A DNA stretch of 64,000 nucleotides from the IMG/VR virus record IMGVR_UViG_3300037420_002488, positions 997 through 64,996 of that record, one strand, 5' to 3'. The number at the start of each line of letters is the position of its first letter. Position 1 is the first letter of the stretch. Shown piece by piece: positions 44,976 to 54,600 of this stretch. Under the pieces are notes generated by a model. That model made no database searches. It was not told the origin of the DNA and saw only the letters and a program-made list of their open reading frames with translations. Origin of the DNA: a virus. Its lineage: Duplodnaviria; Caudoviricetes. Both the position numbers and the translations under genes were made by a program.

Positions 44976-46277
44976 ATGGGACAGAAGTTTGCAAACAACG
45001 TGCTGGGCAGCTTGACCAGCAACATGAGCGCCGTAGTGCTGTCGTTCACCATCGACCCCACGAAGGCCGACGATCTGCCCGCTTTGACGCCGGGCGACTG
45101 GTTCTATGCGGTCATTCAGAAGCTGACCGGCGAGTATGAAATCGTCAAGGTGCAAAAGCGCGATGTCGGTTCAAACGCCTGCCAGAACATCGTGCGGGCG
45201 CAGCAGGGCACGACAGCCCTGAACTTCACCGCAGGGCAGGCGGTGGTCGCGCTACGCGCCACGGCAGCAGACTTTCAGGCGATGATCGACCACATCGAGG
45301 CGCATTCCAACGCACACGTTGCCAGCGCCATCGGCTTCACGCCAGACGATGAATTCGATTCGGCCAACGTGGCGGATGCGATCCATGAGGTGCTGGCCAA
45401 GGCCCGCGATGCCATTGCCGACGCGGCCGAAGACAAGGTCAAGGTCGCCGACCTCATCGCCCAGACCTTTACTTGCTTCACGACTGCCGGGGCATCTCCA
45501 GCTTACACGCTGACCCCAGAGCCTCCGATCGCGGCCTATGCTGACAACCAGCGGTTTCAGATCAAGACCCATGCGGCATCGGCGGACACCGGCAACACGC
45601 TCAATGTTTCGGGGAAAGGAGCAAAGGCGCTGAAGCGATACGACCCAGTTGGGGCGAAGGTAGACGTAACCTTCGGAGCAAACCAGCTATTGGACGTTGT
45701 CTACGACGGTGCCGACTTCGTCATTGTCAGCGGTTTGGCCTCGTATGAGCCCGCCTGCGACTATCACTTCAGCCCGCTGGCAACCAAGCCGCCGGGCACG
45801 CGCCGCCTGCTTGTGCAGGGCCAGGCCGTGGACCTGACGCTCTTCCCGAGTCTGGCGCCCCTATGGTGCGGCGTATCGAAGAACAACACGGCCGACTTCT
45901 ACTACCGCTGCTTGGACCCGAATGCACCCAGCACCACGCGGAACAGCGCGGGTACGTTCCTGAAGCTGCCGCCGCCTGGCTACTTCCTGCGTGTGATGAA
46001 CGCCGGAGCAACTGGATGGGATGCCAACCGTAGCGCCTTCAATCTGCAGGGGGCGGAGGTCGGCTCATTCGGCTACCGGATCATGTCTGACGACGGCGAC
46101 GGCTCGGTGATCACAGATGGCTACCGATCCATTACCGGCATCGATTTGGGCGGCCAGGCGATGACGGCGAACAACGATGCATCGGCGAACAACTGGTCAG
46201 GCTACCGGACAGTGACGGTCACGCCATCGGACACGCGCGGTGTGAACTGGCCAATCTACGTGTGGCTGAGCTACTGA
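44976..46277 (+). CDS. Tail fibre protein
   Basis: KFANN N-terminus, EIVKV...RAQQGT, collar-like PPPGYFLR, terminal DTRGVNWPIYVWLSY. Confidence 0.85.
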   Translation: MGQKFANNVLGSLTSNMSAVVLSFTIDPTKADDLPALTPGDWFYAVIQKLTGEYEIVKVQKRDVGSNACQNIVRAQQGTTALNFTAGQAVVALRATAADFQAMIDHIEAHSNAHVASAIGFTPDDEFDSANVADAIHEVLAKARDAIADAAEDKVKVADLIAQTFTCFTTAGASPAYTLTPEPPIAAYADNQRFQIKTHAASADTGNTLNVSGKGAKALKRYDPVGAKVDVTFGANQLLDVVYDGADFVIVSGLASYEPACDYHFSPLATKPPGTRRLLVQGQAVDLTLFPSLAPLWCGVSKNNTADFYYRCLDPNAPSTTRNSAGTFLKLPPPGYFLRVMNAGATGWDANRSAFNLQGAEVGSFGYRIMSDDGDGSVITDGYRSITGIDLGGQAMTANNDASANNWSGYRTVTVTPSDTRGVNWPIYVWLSY

Positions 46278-46278
46278 C

Positions 46279-48276
46279 ATGGTCGCCATCAACATTGCCC
46301 TGCAGCGCGGCATGGTGCCTCGGCTCACGCCGACCATGCTGGGCGCCAACTACGCTCAGATCGCGCAGAACTGCGACATCACGGCCGGCCGGCTCGACCC
46401 GCTGATGGATCACCAGACCATCGCAACCACCACGTTGGCGCACGTCACCACGCTGAGCCATTACAACGAACAGGGCGTCACAGGGCTGATGACCTGGGAC
46501 GCCGAAGTCGATGTGGCTAAGTCACCAACATCGGGCGACACCCTGGGCCGCGTGTTCTTCACGGGAGACGGCGAGCCGCGCATGACCACTCTGGTGGATG
46601 GCATCCAGGGCTTCGTTGGGCGCCTGCCGCATGCGTGGTTCGTGCTCGGCGTGGTTGCACCCAAGACAGCCCCTACGGTCACGCCCACTGGCGGCAGCGG
46701 CGCCATGGAATCGCGCGCCTATCGCTGGTGCTGGGTCACCCAGTACGACGAACAGGGGCCGCTTTCGGACGCCACAGTGGCAAACGGCCACGTCGATGCT
46801 TCCTGGGATATCGCGGGCTTGGACCCTGCGCCCAAGAACAGCGGCGCCATTGCGAACGCGGTGTCGGTAGGCGGCGTGGTCACACTCGACCTCGACAACT
46901 CATATGGGATCGTGGTCGGCGAGCGCATCAAGGTGGCGGGCACGGCAGGCATCGCAGGTCTCAACGCGACGCACACGGTCATCGAAGTGACCAGCGCCGG
47001 CCTGGTACGTATCAAGCTGGCCGGCGGCGGCGCCTATGCCGGTGGCACATGGCAGCGCGAGGCGCCGCACAACCTTGTTGGCCTGAAGCGCAGGATCTGG
47101 CGCACGACCGGCACGGATACGACCTATCGCATGGTCGATGAGATCCCGGCGGCAACCTTGACGTATTCCGACACTGTCGCCAGCACGGAACTGTTCATCG
47201 CCGCGCCTGACGTCGAGGCCTTGGCGCCGCCCAAGGATCTGCACGGCCTGGTGAACATGCCCAATGGATGCCTGGCTGGCATCTCGGGCAACCAACTGTG
47301 CTTCTCCGAGCCCTTCAAGCCGCACTCGTGGCCCACGGACTATCGCCACAACTTCGCCGCCACACTGATGAAGCTGGTGGTCTGTGGTGCCAATCTGGTT
47401 GTCTTGACTGACTCCTTCCCCTACTACGTGGTGACATCTCAGCCGGGCGTGATCGCCCCAAACAAGATGGCCACGCGCGCGCCGTGCGTCTCGCGTGCTG
47501 GCGCTTGCGACGCCGGAGGATATGCCGTCTATCCATCGCATGACGGCATCTATGCGGCGGATTCATCGGGCGTGCGTAACCTGACCGCGCAGCTCTTTCG
47601 GGCGAAAGAGTGGGCGCCGCTGAGCCCCGAAGCCTTCGTAGCTGTCGTGCACAACAACAAGTACATGGCGCGCCACCCGAACATCGCACGCGACGACTCG
47701 GTGCTGATGCTCGACCTGGCCGAGCCCGATTCCGTGGTGGACGTGCTGTCGGCGCCCGATGCCTTTCACTCGTCGGCGGTGACCGGAGACCTGCTCGCAA
47801 CCTTCGGCAGCGACATTCGAAAATGGGGCGGCTCTGCATCGCGCCGCTTTCAAATGTTGTGGTGCAGCAAGCTCTACACCTTTCCAGGTGGTGCTGAGAA
47901 TTTCGGTGCCGCCCAGGTGCGCGCGCAGTACCAGACGGTAGACGCGGCGGACGTGACGGCCAGTAACGCGGCCATCGTGGCCGAAGGCATCGAACTGCTG
48001 GGCGGCTCGATCGGCGCCGACTCCATCCTGGTGCTCGAGATCAACGGCTCAAGGCTGATCGTGCCCGCGGCCAAGGCCGACAACGCTGTCACGTTCAGCC
48101 TGATCGGCGCCGACGGCGAGATCCTGTGGAGCCGCCCCATCCGTAATGACGAACCCTTCCGACTGCCGGCCGGGTTCATGGTCGATGCAATCGCGGCCCA
48201 GGTGTCGGCCACTTTCCCGATCGACGCAATGGCCTTCGCCACGACCACAAACGAGCTTGCAAGGGTGAATATCTGA
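46279..48276 (+). CDS. Tail tubular B/nozzle-like protein
   Basis: 665 aa, beta-rich; PRL N-terminus, GNQLCFSEP..PHSWP, YPSHDG. Confidence 0.75.
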   Translation: MVAINIALQRGMVPRLTPTMLGANYAQIAQNCDITAGRLDPLMDHQTIATTTLAHVTTLSHYNEQGVTGLMTWDAEVDVAKSPTSGDTLGRVFFTGDGEPRMTTLVDGIQGFVGRLPHAWFVLGVVAPKTAPTVTPTGGSGAMESRAYRWCWVTQYDEQGPLSDATVANGHVDASWDIAGLDPAPKNSGAIANAVSVGGVVTLDLDNSYGIVVGERIKVAGTAGIAGLNATHTVIEVTSAGLVRIKLAGGGAYAGGTWQREAPHNLVGLKRRIWRTTGTDTTYRMVDEIPAATLTYSDTVASTELFIAAPDVEALAPPKDLHGLVNMPNGCLAGISGNQLCFSEPFKPHSWPTDYRHNFAATLMKLVVCGANLVVLTDSFPYYVVTSQPGVIAPNKMATRAPCVSRAGACDAGGYAVYPSHDGIYAADSSGVRNLTAQLFRAKEWAPLSPEAFVAVVHNNKYMARHPNIARDDSVLMLDLAEPDSVVDVLSAPDAFHSSAVTGDLLATFGSDIRKWGGSASRRFQMLWCSKLYTFPGGAENFGAAQVRAQYQTVDAADVTASNAAIVAEGIELLGGSIGADSILVLEINGSRLIVPAAKADNAVTFSLIGADGEILWSRPIRNDEPFRLPAGFMVDAIAAQVSATFPIDAMAFATTTNELARVNI

Positions 48277-48467
48277 TGGCCATCCCAATCGAGCAGGTGC
48301 AGGTTCCCGATCCGGCGCTGCAGCGCTTCATTGACTCGACCAAGCAAGCCTTGGACAAGATCACAGGGCAGCAGGGCGGCGGCGCGACGCTGCGCAAGCT
48401 GCCTGACGATGCGACGCTGGCCGACGTGATCGCGGTCGTGAACCAGCTCATAGACCGCGTCTCCTGA
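48276..48467 (+). CDS. 63-aa tail needle/plug-like protein
   Basis: TGATG coupling; LADVIAVVNQLI coiled coil. Confidence 0.6.
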   Translation: MAIPIEQVQVPDPALQRFIDSTKQALDKITGQQGGGATLRKLPDDATLADVIAVVNQLIDRVS

Positions 48468-48471
48468 CGCC

Positions 48472-48502
48472 TGCACTTCTATCGAAGGCCCTGGCATATG
48501 GT
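48472..48502 (+). promoter_or_regulatory. Putative late promoter 3 (modification enzymes/ejection proteins)
   Basis: TGCACTTCTATC-N13-TATGGT. Confidence 0.65.
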
Positions 48503-48526
48503 CCTGTCAACTGGACAGGAGACACA

Positions 48527-49051
48527 GTGCTCGATTTCGCCATTATCGGTCTGCCTCGCAGTGGCACCGCGTGGGCCTCTAACTGGCTCACCACCGACCG
48601 CACCATTTGCCTGCATGACCCGCTCATGTCCCACACGCTGGATGACCTGGCGGCTTGGGATAGTGGCGGCAAGCTCGTGGGCGTGGCGTGCACCGCACTG
48701 TGGATGTTCCCCGACTGGGTGGCTGCCAACGTCAAGCGTGTGGTCTGTGTTGACCGTGACTTCGAGGAAGTCAATCAGTCGTTGATCGACATCGGTTTGA
48801 CTGCCATGCCGCAATGGTCGCTGGAGCGATTTCAGTCCCTCCCGGGTGCGCGGGTGCCGATGGCTGGCCTGTTCGATCCCGCGCAAGCGGAGGACATCTG
48901 GGTCCAACTTGCGCCTGGCGTGCAGTTCGACGCGCAGCGCCATGGCCTGCTGACGGGCCTGTCCATCAATCCGTACTTTGCTGGCCTGGAGCCAGATCCC
49001 CGCGCCGTCAAGGACTGGGTACGCCGTATTCAGGAGGCGGCGCAGCAATGA
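48527..49051 (+). CDS. Minimal sulfotransferase-family protein
   Basis: 5'-PSB loop IIGLPRSGTAW, CLHDP, 3'-PB-like R-x7-S (DRDFEEVNQS); AGGAG plus GTG. Confidence 0.72.
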   Translation: MLDFAIIGLPRSGTAWASNWLTTDRTICLHDPLMSHTLDDLAAWDSGGKLVGVACTALWMFPDWVAANVKRVVCVDRDFEEVNQSLIDIGLTAMPQWSLERFQSLPGARVPMAGLFDPAQAEDIWVQLAPGVQFDAQRHGLLTGLSINPYFAGLEPDPRAVKDWVRRIQEAAQQ

Positions 49052-49623
49052 AGAACCTTCACCTCATCTCTCGCGGTGCCAACGTGGCGCAGCTTGTGGC
49101 CGAGCTGCACCGTCAGCCGTGGCTGTGGAACCAAGTCACTCTGCGCACGGCGCCCGAGCATTCGCCGCACCACCAGCTTGACGACATCTGGGTGCGCTAC
49201 AACCCGATCGAGAACTACACCGAAGAGGGCGGCCTGGCCGAGTTCAACAAGGAACATGATGCCGAGTGGTATCCGTCCTACTACGCGCTGCCTTCGGTAC
49301 GGCCGCTGGTGTTCGACCTCATGCGACTGGTGGAGGGCGAGCGAATCGGCTTCGTGCTGATCACGCGCATTCCACCTGGCGGCACCTGCTTGCCGCACGT
49401 CGATCGTGGATGGCATGCCGAGTATTACGACAAGTACGCCATCCAGCTCGAATCGGCGCCTGGCCAGACCTTCAACTTCGAGGGCGAGTCCTTGGACGCG
49501 CAGCCGGGCGATGTGTACTGGTTCAACAATCTCGAGAAGCACTGGGTGCTGAACCCCACCGAGCATGACCGCATGACGCTGATCGTGTGTCTGCGCACGA
49601 ATCGCTACGGCAAGGAGGGCTGA
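49048..49623 (+). CDS. Aspartyl/asparaginyl beta-hydroxylase-like 2OG-Fe(II) dioxygenase
   Basis: ITRIPPGG..LPHVD, YWFNNLEKHWVLN, DRMTLIV; ATGA-coupled to the sulfotransferase. Confidence 0.85.
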   Translation: MKNLHLISRGANVAQLVAELHRQPWLWNQVTLRTAPEHSPHHQLDDIWVRYNPIENYTEEGGLAEFNKEHDAEWYPSYYALPSVRPLVFDLMRLVEGERIGFVLITRIPPGGTCLPHVDRGWHAEYYDKYAIQLESAPGQTFNFEGESLDAQPGDVYWFNNLEKHWVLNPTEHDRMTLIVCLRTNRYGKEG

Positions 49624-49625
49624 TC

Positions 49626-50498
49626 ATGCCTGCAGGTTGGGCTGTAGCGGCCGGTGCGATTGGGGGCTACGCACTGAGCACGATGGGCGGTAGCCCAGAC
49701 GACTATTCCGGTGACGTTAGCAAGCAGATCACCAACATGTCGGGGCTTGGCGACAAGCTTAAGGGATTGGGCGATGACAGCAAGTCGGCGCTGGATCAGT
49801 TGGTGGCGCAGTACACCCCGATGTTCCAGCAGCAAATCAATGCGAGCGCGGCCAACCAGGCCAACTATGGCGATCGCAGCGATTCGGAGTGGAATGCCTA
49901 TGTGCGCAGCTTCCGCCCGGCCGCCGAGAAGTTCGCTGCCAACGCGATGAGCTATGACACGCCAGAACGCCGAGAGCAGGTCGCAGGCGACGCCATGGCC
50001 AACACGCGCACAGCCTTCGACCAAGCAGGCCGCCAACTCGACGCAGGGCTGTCATCGGCAATGGTCGATCCCAATTCCGGGGCGGCCATCGCCCAGCGAC
50101 GGCAACTCGCCGCTCAGGGTGCTGCCGCCGTCGCGGCCTCGGGCAATGCCGCGCGTCGGGAGGTGGAAGACACCGGCATGCAGTATCTGAATCAGTCGGC
50201 AGGGCTGGGGCAGGCCGTCGCTGGCAACAGCATGGCGCTGGGTGACCGCTCCGTGCAGGCTGGCAATTCGGCGATCCAGCAAGCCGGGCAGTTGCAGGCC
50301 TTCACCACCGCTCCACAGACCACGGCGGCCGGCCTGTACTCGGCCGCCGGCCAGACCTACGGCAACGCCGGCAACCTGACGTTGGGTCTGCAAAGCGCTG
50401 CCACCGATGCATGGCAGGCCAAGGACTCGAGCACCAAGGACTGGGTTATCGGCGGTGCGTCGCTTGGCGCATCGGCGTACTCGGGCGGCAAGAAGTAA
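49626..50498 (+). CDS. DNA ejection/pilot protein
   Basis: Hydrophobic Gly/Ala N-terminus; A/Q/G-rich amphipathic body; position. Confidence 0.7.
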   Translation: MPAGWAVAAGAIGGYALSTMGGSPDDYSGDVSKQITNMSGLGDKLKGLGDDSKSALDQLVAQYTPMFQQQINASAANQANYGDRSDSEWNAYVRSFRPAAEKFAANAMSYDTPERREQVAGDAMANTRTAFDQAGRQLDAGLSSAMVDPNSGAAIAQRRQLAAQGAAAVAASGNAARREVEDTGMQYLNQSAGLGQAVAGNSMALGDRSVQAGNSAIQQAGQLQAFTTAPQTTAAGLYSAAGQTYGNAGNLTLGLQSAATDAWQAKDSSTKDWVIGGASLGASAYSGGKK

Positions 50499-50507
50499 GG
50501 AGGCCTT

Positions 50508-51689
50508 ATGGGTCAGATCATGGATGGTGCGTATCGCATCGGTGAAATTCTTCGGCAGGGCCGCCTTGATGAGCAGAACGCGGCCTATCGGGCGTCTCAA
50601 GAAGCCAAGCTCGATGAGCAGGCTCGGGCTGCGAAGGCAAAGCAAGATGAGTTAGATCGCGTCGCTGCCCTGGGTAAGCAGGCCGACGCCGCTGGCGCGA
50701 ATGTCCTCAATGGCTATCGCGCTCAGAGCATCCTCGACGGCGGCAACGAGAACGACTACAAGCCCACGATAGGCCACTTGTCGGAGGCTTACGGCGCGCG
50801 TGGCGCGGCATACCTGAATGCTGGGGATATGAAGGGCTACCTCCAGAACCATGCCGAGGGCGCTGCGCTGCGCGCGCAGATGCGCAGCACCTCGGTGCAG
50901 GAGGCCATGTCAACGGGCGATCCCATGAGCGTCATGAAGGCGCTCAATGCCAGCGTGGACAACGGCATCCACCTGCAGGACATCAAGCCCATCAGCATGC
51001 CGTCGCAAGATCCCGAGAGCACGCCAGGGCAGGCCTACAAGGCAACCTACAAATTGCCCGATGGCAGCACGCGCGACGAGATGCTGACGGCCAATGACAT
51101 CCAGAAGCGTGCGGCCTATGTGCTCGCCAATCCCGACAAGATCGGTGAGCAGGAGCTGAAGTACGACTACCTGCGCCAGCAGACGGAAGCCAAGCTCAAG
51201 GAGCAAGACAACAAGGGCGCCAACGACCGCGCATCAACGAAGGTCGAGCAGCAGGAGCGGCGCATCACCGACGGCCTGGAGAACGCGGGCCGCATCAAGC
51301 TGGCGGGCGTCAAGGGCGCCGAGGACCGCAAGACCGACGCCGCAAAGGAAGGCTTGACGCGCACCAGGCCGGTCACGCTTTCGCCAGGCCAGGAAATTCA
51401 GGTGCCCGAGGCGCAGCCCGATGGCCGCTTGAAGTACACGCCCGTGGCCCGCAACAAGACAACCAAGACGGCGCCGGGCCTGAGCAGCAAAGACCTCAAT
51501 ACCGTGGTCATCAACAACTTCGGCGTACTCGATCCGGGCACTGGCAAGCAGGTCGGCAGTGAGACCACGGCCAAGCTCAGCGCAGCCGCTGAACAACTCA
51601 TGGCAGCCAATCCGGGCTTGGGTGCCAACGAAGCCATTGTCGCGGCAGCCGATGACATGGGCCTGTCGATCAAAGCAAAGAGCAAGTAA
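50508..51689 (+). CDS. Internal virion (ejection) protein
   Basis: AAGGAGG RBS; helical; precedes the giant protein. Confidence 0.7.
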   Translation: MGQIMDGAYRIGEILRQGRLDEQNAAYRASQEAKLDEQARAAKAKQDELDRVAALGKQADAAGANVLNGYRAQSILDGGNENDYKPTIGHLSEAYGARGAAYLNAGDMKGYLQNHAEGAALRAQMRSTSVQEAMSTGDPMSVMKALNASVDNGIHLQDIKPISMPSQDPESTPGQAYKATYKLPDGSTRDEMLTANDIQKRAAYVLANPDKIGEQELKYDYLRQQTEAKLKEQDNKGANDRASTKVEQQERRITDGLENAGRIKLAGVKGAEDRKTDAAKEGLTRTRPVTLSPGQEIQVPEAQPDGRLKYTPVARNKTTKTAPGLSSKDLNTVVINNFGVLDPGTGKQVGSETTAKLSAAAEQLMAANPGLGANEAIVAAADDMGLSIKAKSK

Positions 51690-51691
51690 AC

Positions 51692-54600
51692 ATGCCATCT
51701 GGACTGTCCGACGCATCCCCGCGCTATGTCCCCCTCGATGAACAAGACGCCTCGCAGGCGGTAGTGCAGCCGCCGAAGCGCGAAGAGTTAGTCCGGCCCA
51801 AGGGCTACATGGACTTTGTGGCCCGCAACAAGGCCGCGGCCCCAGCCCCTGCGCCACCCAGCCTGACCGAGAAGTTTGTGGGCGGGGCCAAGGATTTGGC
51901 CTCAACCGTTGGCGATGGCCTGTCCAGTGCGGCGGGCTGGGCGAAATCCCAACTTCAGCCCGAGCACATGGACCTGAGCAATGCTGCGGCGCAAACCTAT
52001 CCGCCGATGGGCAACAACGCCGATGTGGGACAGGGTCCGCAAGGCTTCGAGCGGGTGGGCATGGCGCCGTTGAACGCTGCCAAGCCCGAGAACGGCGCGC
52101 CTGCACCAGTCGACGCCGGCCGTTTCAAGGCCATCAAGGCTGAGCTTGGCGCCATGCCGCGTGCTGAGCGCCTGAAGGTTGGCGAAGACCTCAAGGGGTG
52201 GCAGGCCGAAGCCGTCAAGGTGGCGAATGCGCAGCTCGATCAGGAGCAACAGGGCATGGAGTCCCTGGGCATGAACGCCGTGTCACCCACGCTTGAGGGG
52301 CGGGCCGCGCACTACACCTCGCAGGGCGCCGACGGGCCCACGGCGATGGCGCTGGCCAAGCGCGACATGGGCATGGGCGCGGCAGGCGATGTGCTTCGTA
52401 GTGCCGAGCCCCCAACGGCGAAGGGCAACGAGGCCGGCAACCTTGCCACGGACACAGCCGTGTCGCTGGCCAAGGGTGTGAACTCGGTCGGCACCACAAC
52501 TCTGCGCCTGGCCGACATCCTGACGCCGGGCAACAGCGGCGACGAAGACACCATGAAGGCCGCCACGCTGGGCAAGGCCCTTGACTTCTTCCAGGACCGC
52601 GACCGCGAGCTGGACGGCCTGCTGAGCACCAAGGCAAAGGAAGCCCAGCAGGCCGTGAGCCAGGCCAACGGCTTTTTCTCCGCTGCGGGCAAGGCTTTGT
52701 CCACGCGCTCGGGCTTCCTCATGGCGGCCGAGTCTCTGCCGTCCTCGATCGCCGCCGGGGGCTTTGCCATCAAGGCATCTGAGCGGATCATGGCAACCAA
52801 GCTGGCCCAGGCCGGTGTGCAGCGCATCTCGCAGAATGCAGCATCCAACGTGCTGGCGCGTGGTGGCAGCGCGGAGGCAGCCAAGATCGCCGCCGAGCGG
52901 GCAACGGCCATCGCACACACAGCCACTGCCAGCGCGATGATGGCGGCAGCCGACTTTGCCATGGATGGCACGCAGGCCTATGACGACGTCATGAGCGAGG
53001 TATCGCACATGCGCGAATCGTCGTTCGACAACAGCCCGATGTACAAGGAACTGCGCGCGTCTGGCTTGGATCACGCCACGGCCGCGCGCACTGTGGCGAA
53101 GGAAGCTGCGGCCCGTGCCTTCCTGTATGGCGGCGCCATGTCGGCACTCGTCTCGCCGCTGGGCGCGGGCGTCGAGATGCGCGCTGCTGGCAAGGCACTG
53201 GGCATGGCCAACGTGAAGGCCGCAGGCAGCGGGTCCACGGCCCGCACCTTCCTTGCCTCCCTGGTGAACCCCGAGAGCCTGCCGGCTGTGGTGGCCATCG
53301 AGTCGCTGCAGGAAGGTCTGCAGAGCGGAGGACCCCAGGCCGGCCAGAACCTGGCTGTTCGCCAGACTGCAGACAGCACGAAGAGCCTGTCCGATGGCGT
53401 TGCAGCGGCGGCCGGTGCTGGCGCCGCAACCGGCGGCATCATGGGCGGCGGCATGCACATGGTGGCTGGCGGTGATCACGCCGCGCCCGCAGCCGTCCCT
53501 GATGCTGGCCGTGTCCCCGGCCAGCGCGCCGAACCCGTGCTTGCGCCTGCCAAGCACGATGATGGTCCCATCAGCGCTGACGAGGTGCTGGGCGCGGTGC
53601 AGCCTAAGCCCGCCACACCAGTGGATGCCGCTGCCCACGAAGCCGCGACAAGCCCGACCAACGACCGCCCCGAGCCCACGCAGGCCCAGAAGGAAGCGGG
53701 CAACTACAAGCTGGGCCACACGCGCATCGCCGGACTGGACATCAAGATCGAGAACCCTGAGGGCTCGACGCGCAAGGGCGTGGGCGAAGACGGCAAGCCA
53801 TGGGAAACCACGATGCAGGCCCACTACGGCTACATTGCGGGCACCGAGGCGAAGGACGGCGACAAGCTGGACGTGTTCGTCAAACCCGGCACGCCCGAGG
53901 ACTGGCACGGCGCGGCCTATGTCGTTGACCAGGTCGATCCCAAGACCGGCCAACTCGATGAGCACAAGGTGATCTTCGGTGCAGCCGATCAGGCCGAGGC
54001 CGAGCAGATCTACCGCAGCAACTACAGCAGCGACTGGCAGGGCATGGGCGCCATCACGCGGCTACCCATGCCTGCGTTCAAGGCCTGGGCCAAGAGTGGC
54101 CGCCTCGATGAGCCGCTGGGGGACATCTCTGCGCGGACGCAGCAGTCCGTCAAAGCCACACCTGAGCAAGCGGCAACGACCCAGCCCGAGGCCCCGGCCG
54201 TTGAAGTTGCTGCACCTGACGTGGGTGCTAGCAGCGATGCCACGCCCGCAGCAGGCGCACGCGCTGCCGATCCCGCCAGGCCGAAGGCCAGGCCGCCGCA
54301 GCTCGACCCCGAGCACGACACCATGTTGCAGGCATTAGCCAAGCTGGGCGGCATTCGCCGAGATACCGTGGCCAGCGAATTCGGCCTCAAGCCGGAAGAG
54401 CTGCAGCACGCCGTCAGCACGGGCAAGCTCAAGGGCTACCCCTTCCGTAAGACCGGCGGCATGGACATGGACCAGGCCCTGACCGCGATGTCGGAGGCGG
54501 GCTACTTCGATGGCGTACCCGAGGACCAGCACCGCGCCGTGTTCGAGCAGGCCATCCACGATGAACTGGGCGGCCGCCCACGCCTGACCACTCACGGCCG

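Noticed and set aside
41454-48467. Diversity-generating retroelement near the fibres
   Set aside because: No reverse-transcriptase motif and no TR/VR near-duplicate seen by eye.
52283-53965. Long antisense ORFs (also 57479-58966, 61028-62449, 37435-38937, 35821-37182)
   Set aside because: Shadows of GC3-biased genes; no RBS, motifs or codon-phase shift.
54201-54338. Possible third nested ORF in the giant gene
   Set aside because: TTG start, weak RBS, phase shift lasts only about 25 codons, and the tail is R/P/S shadow-like.
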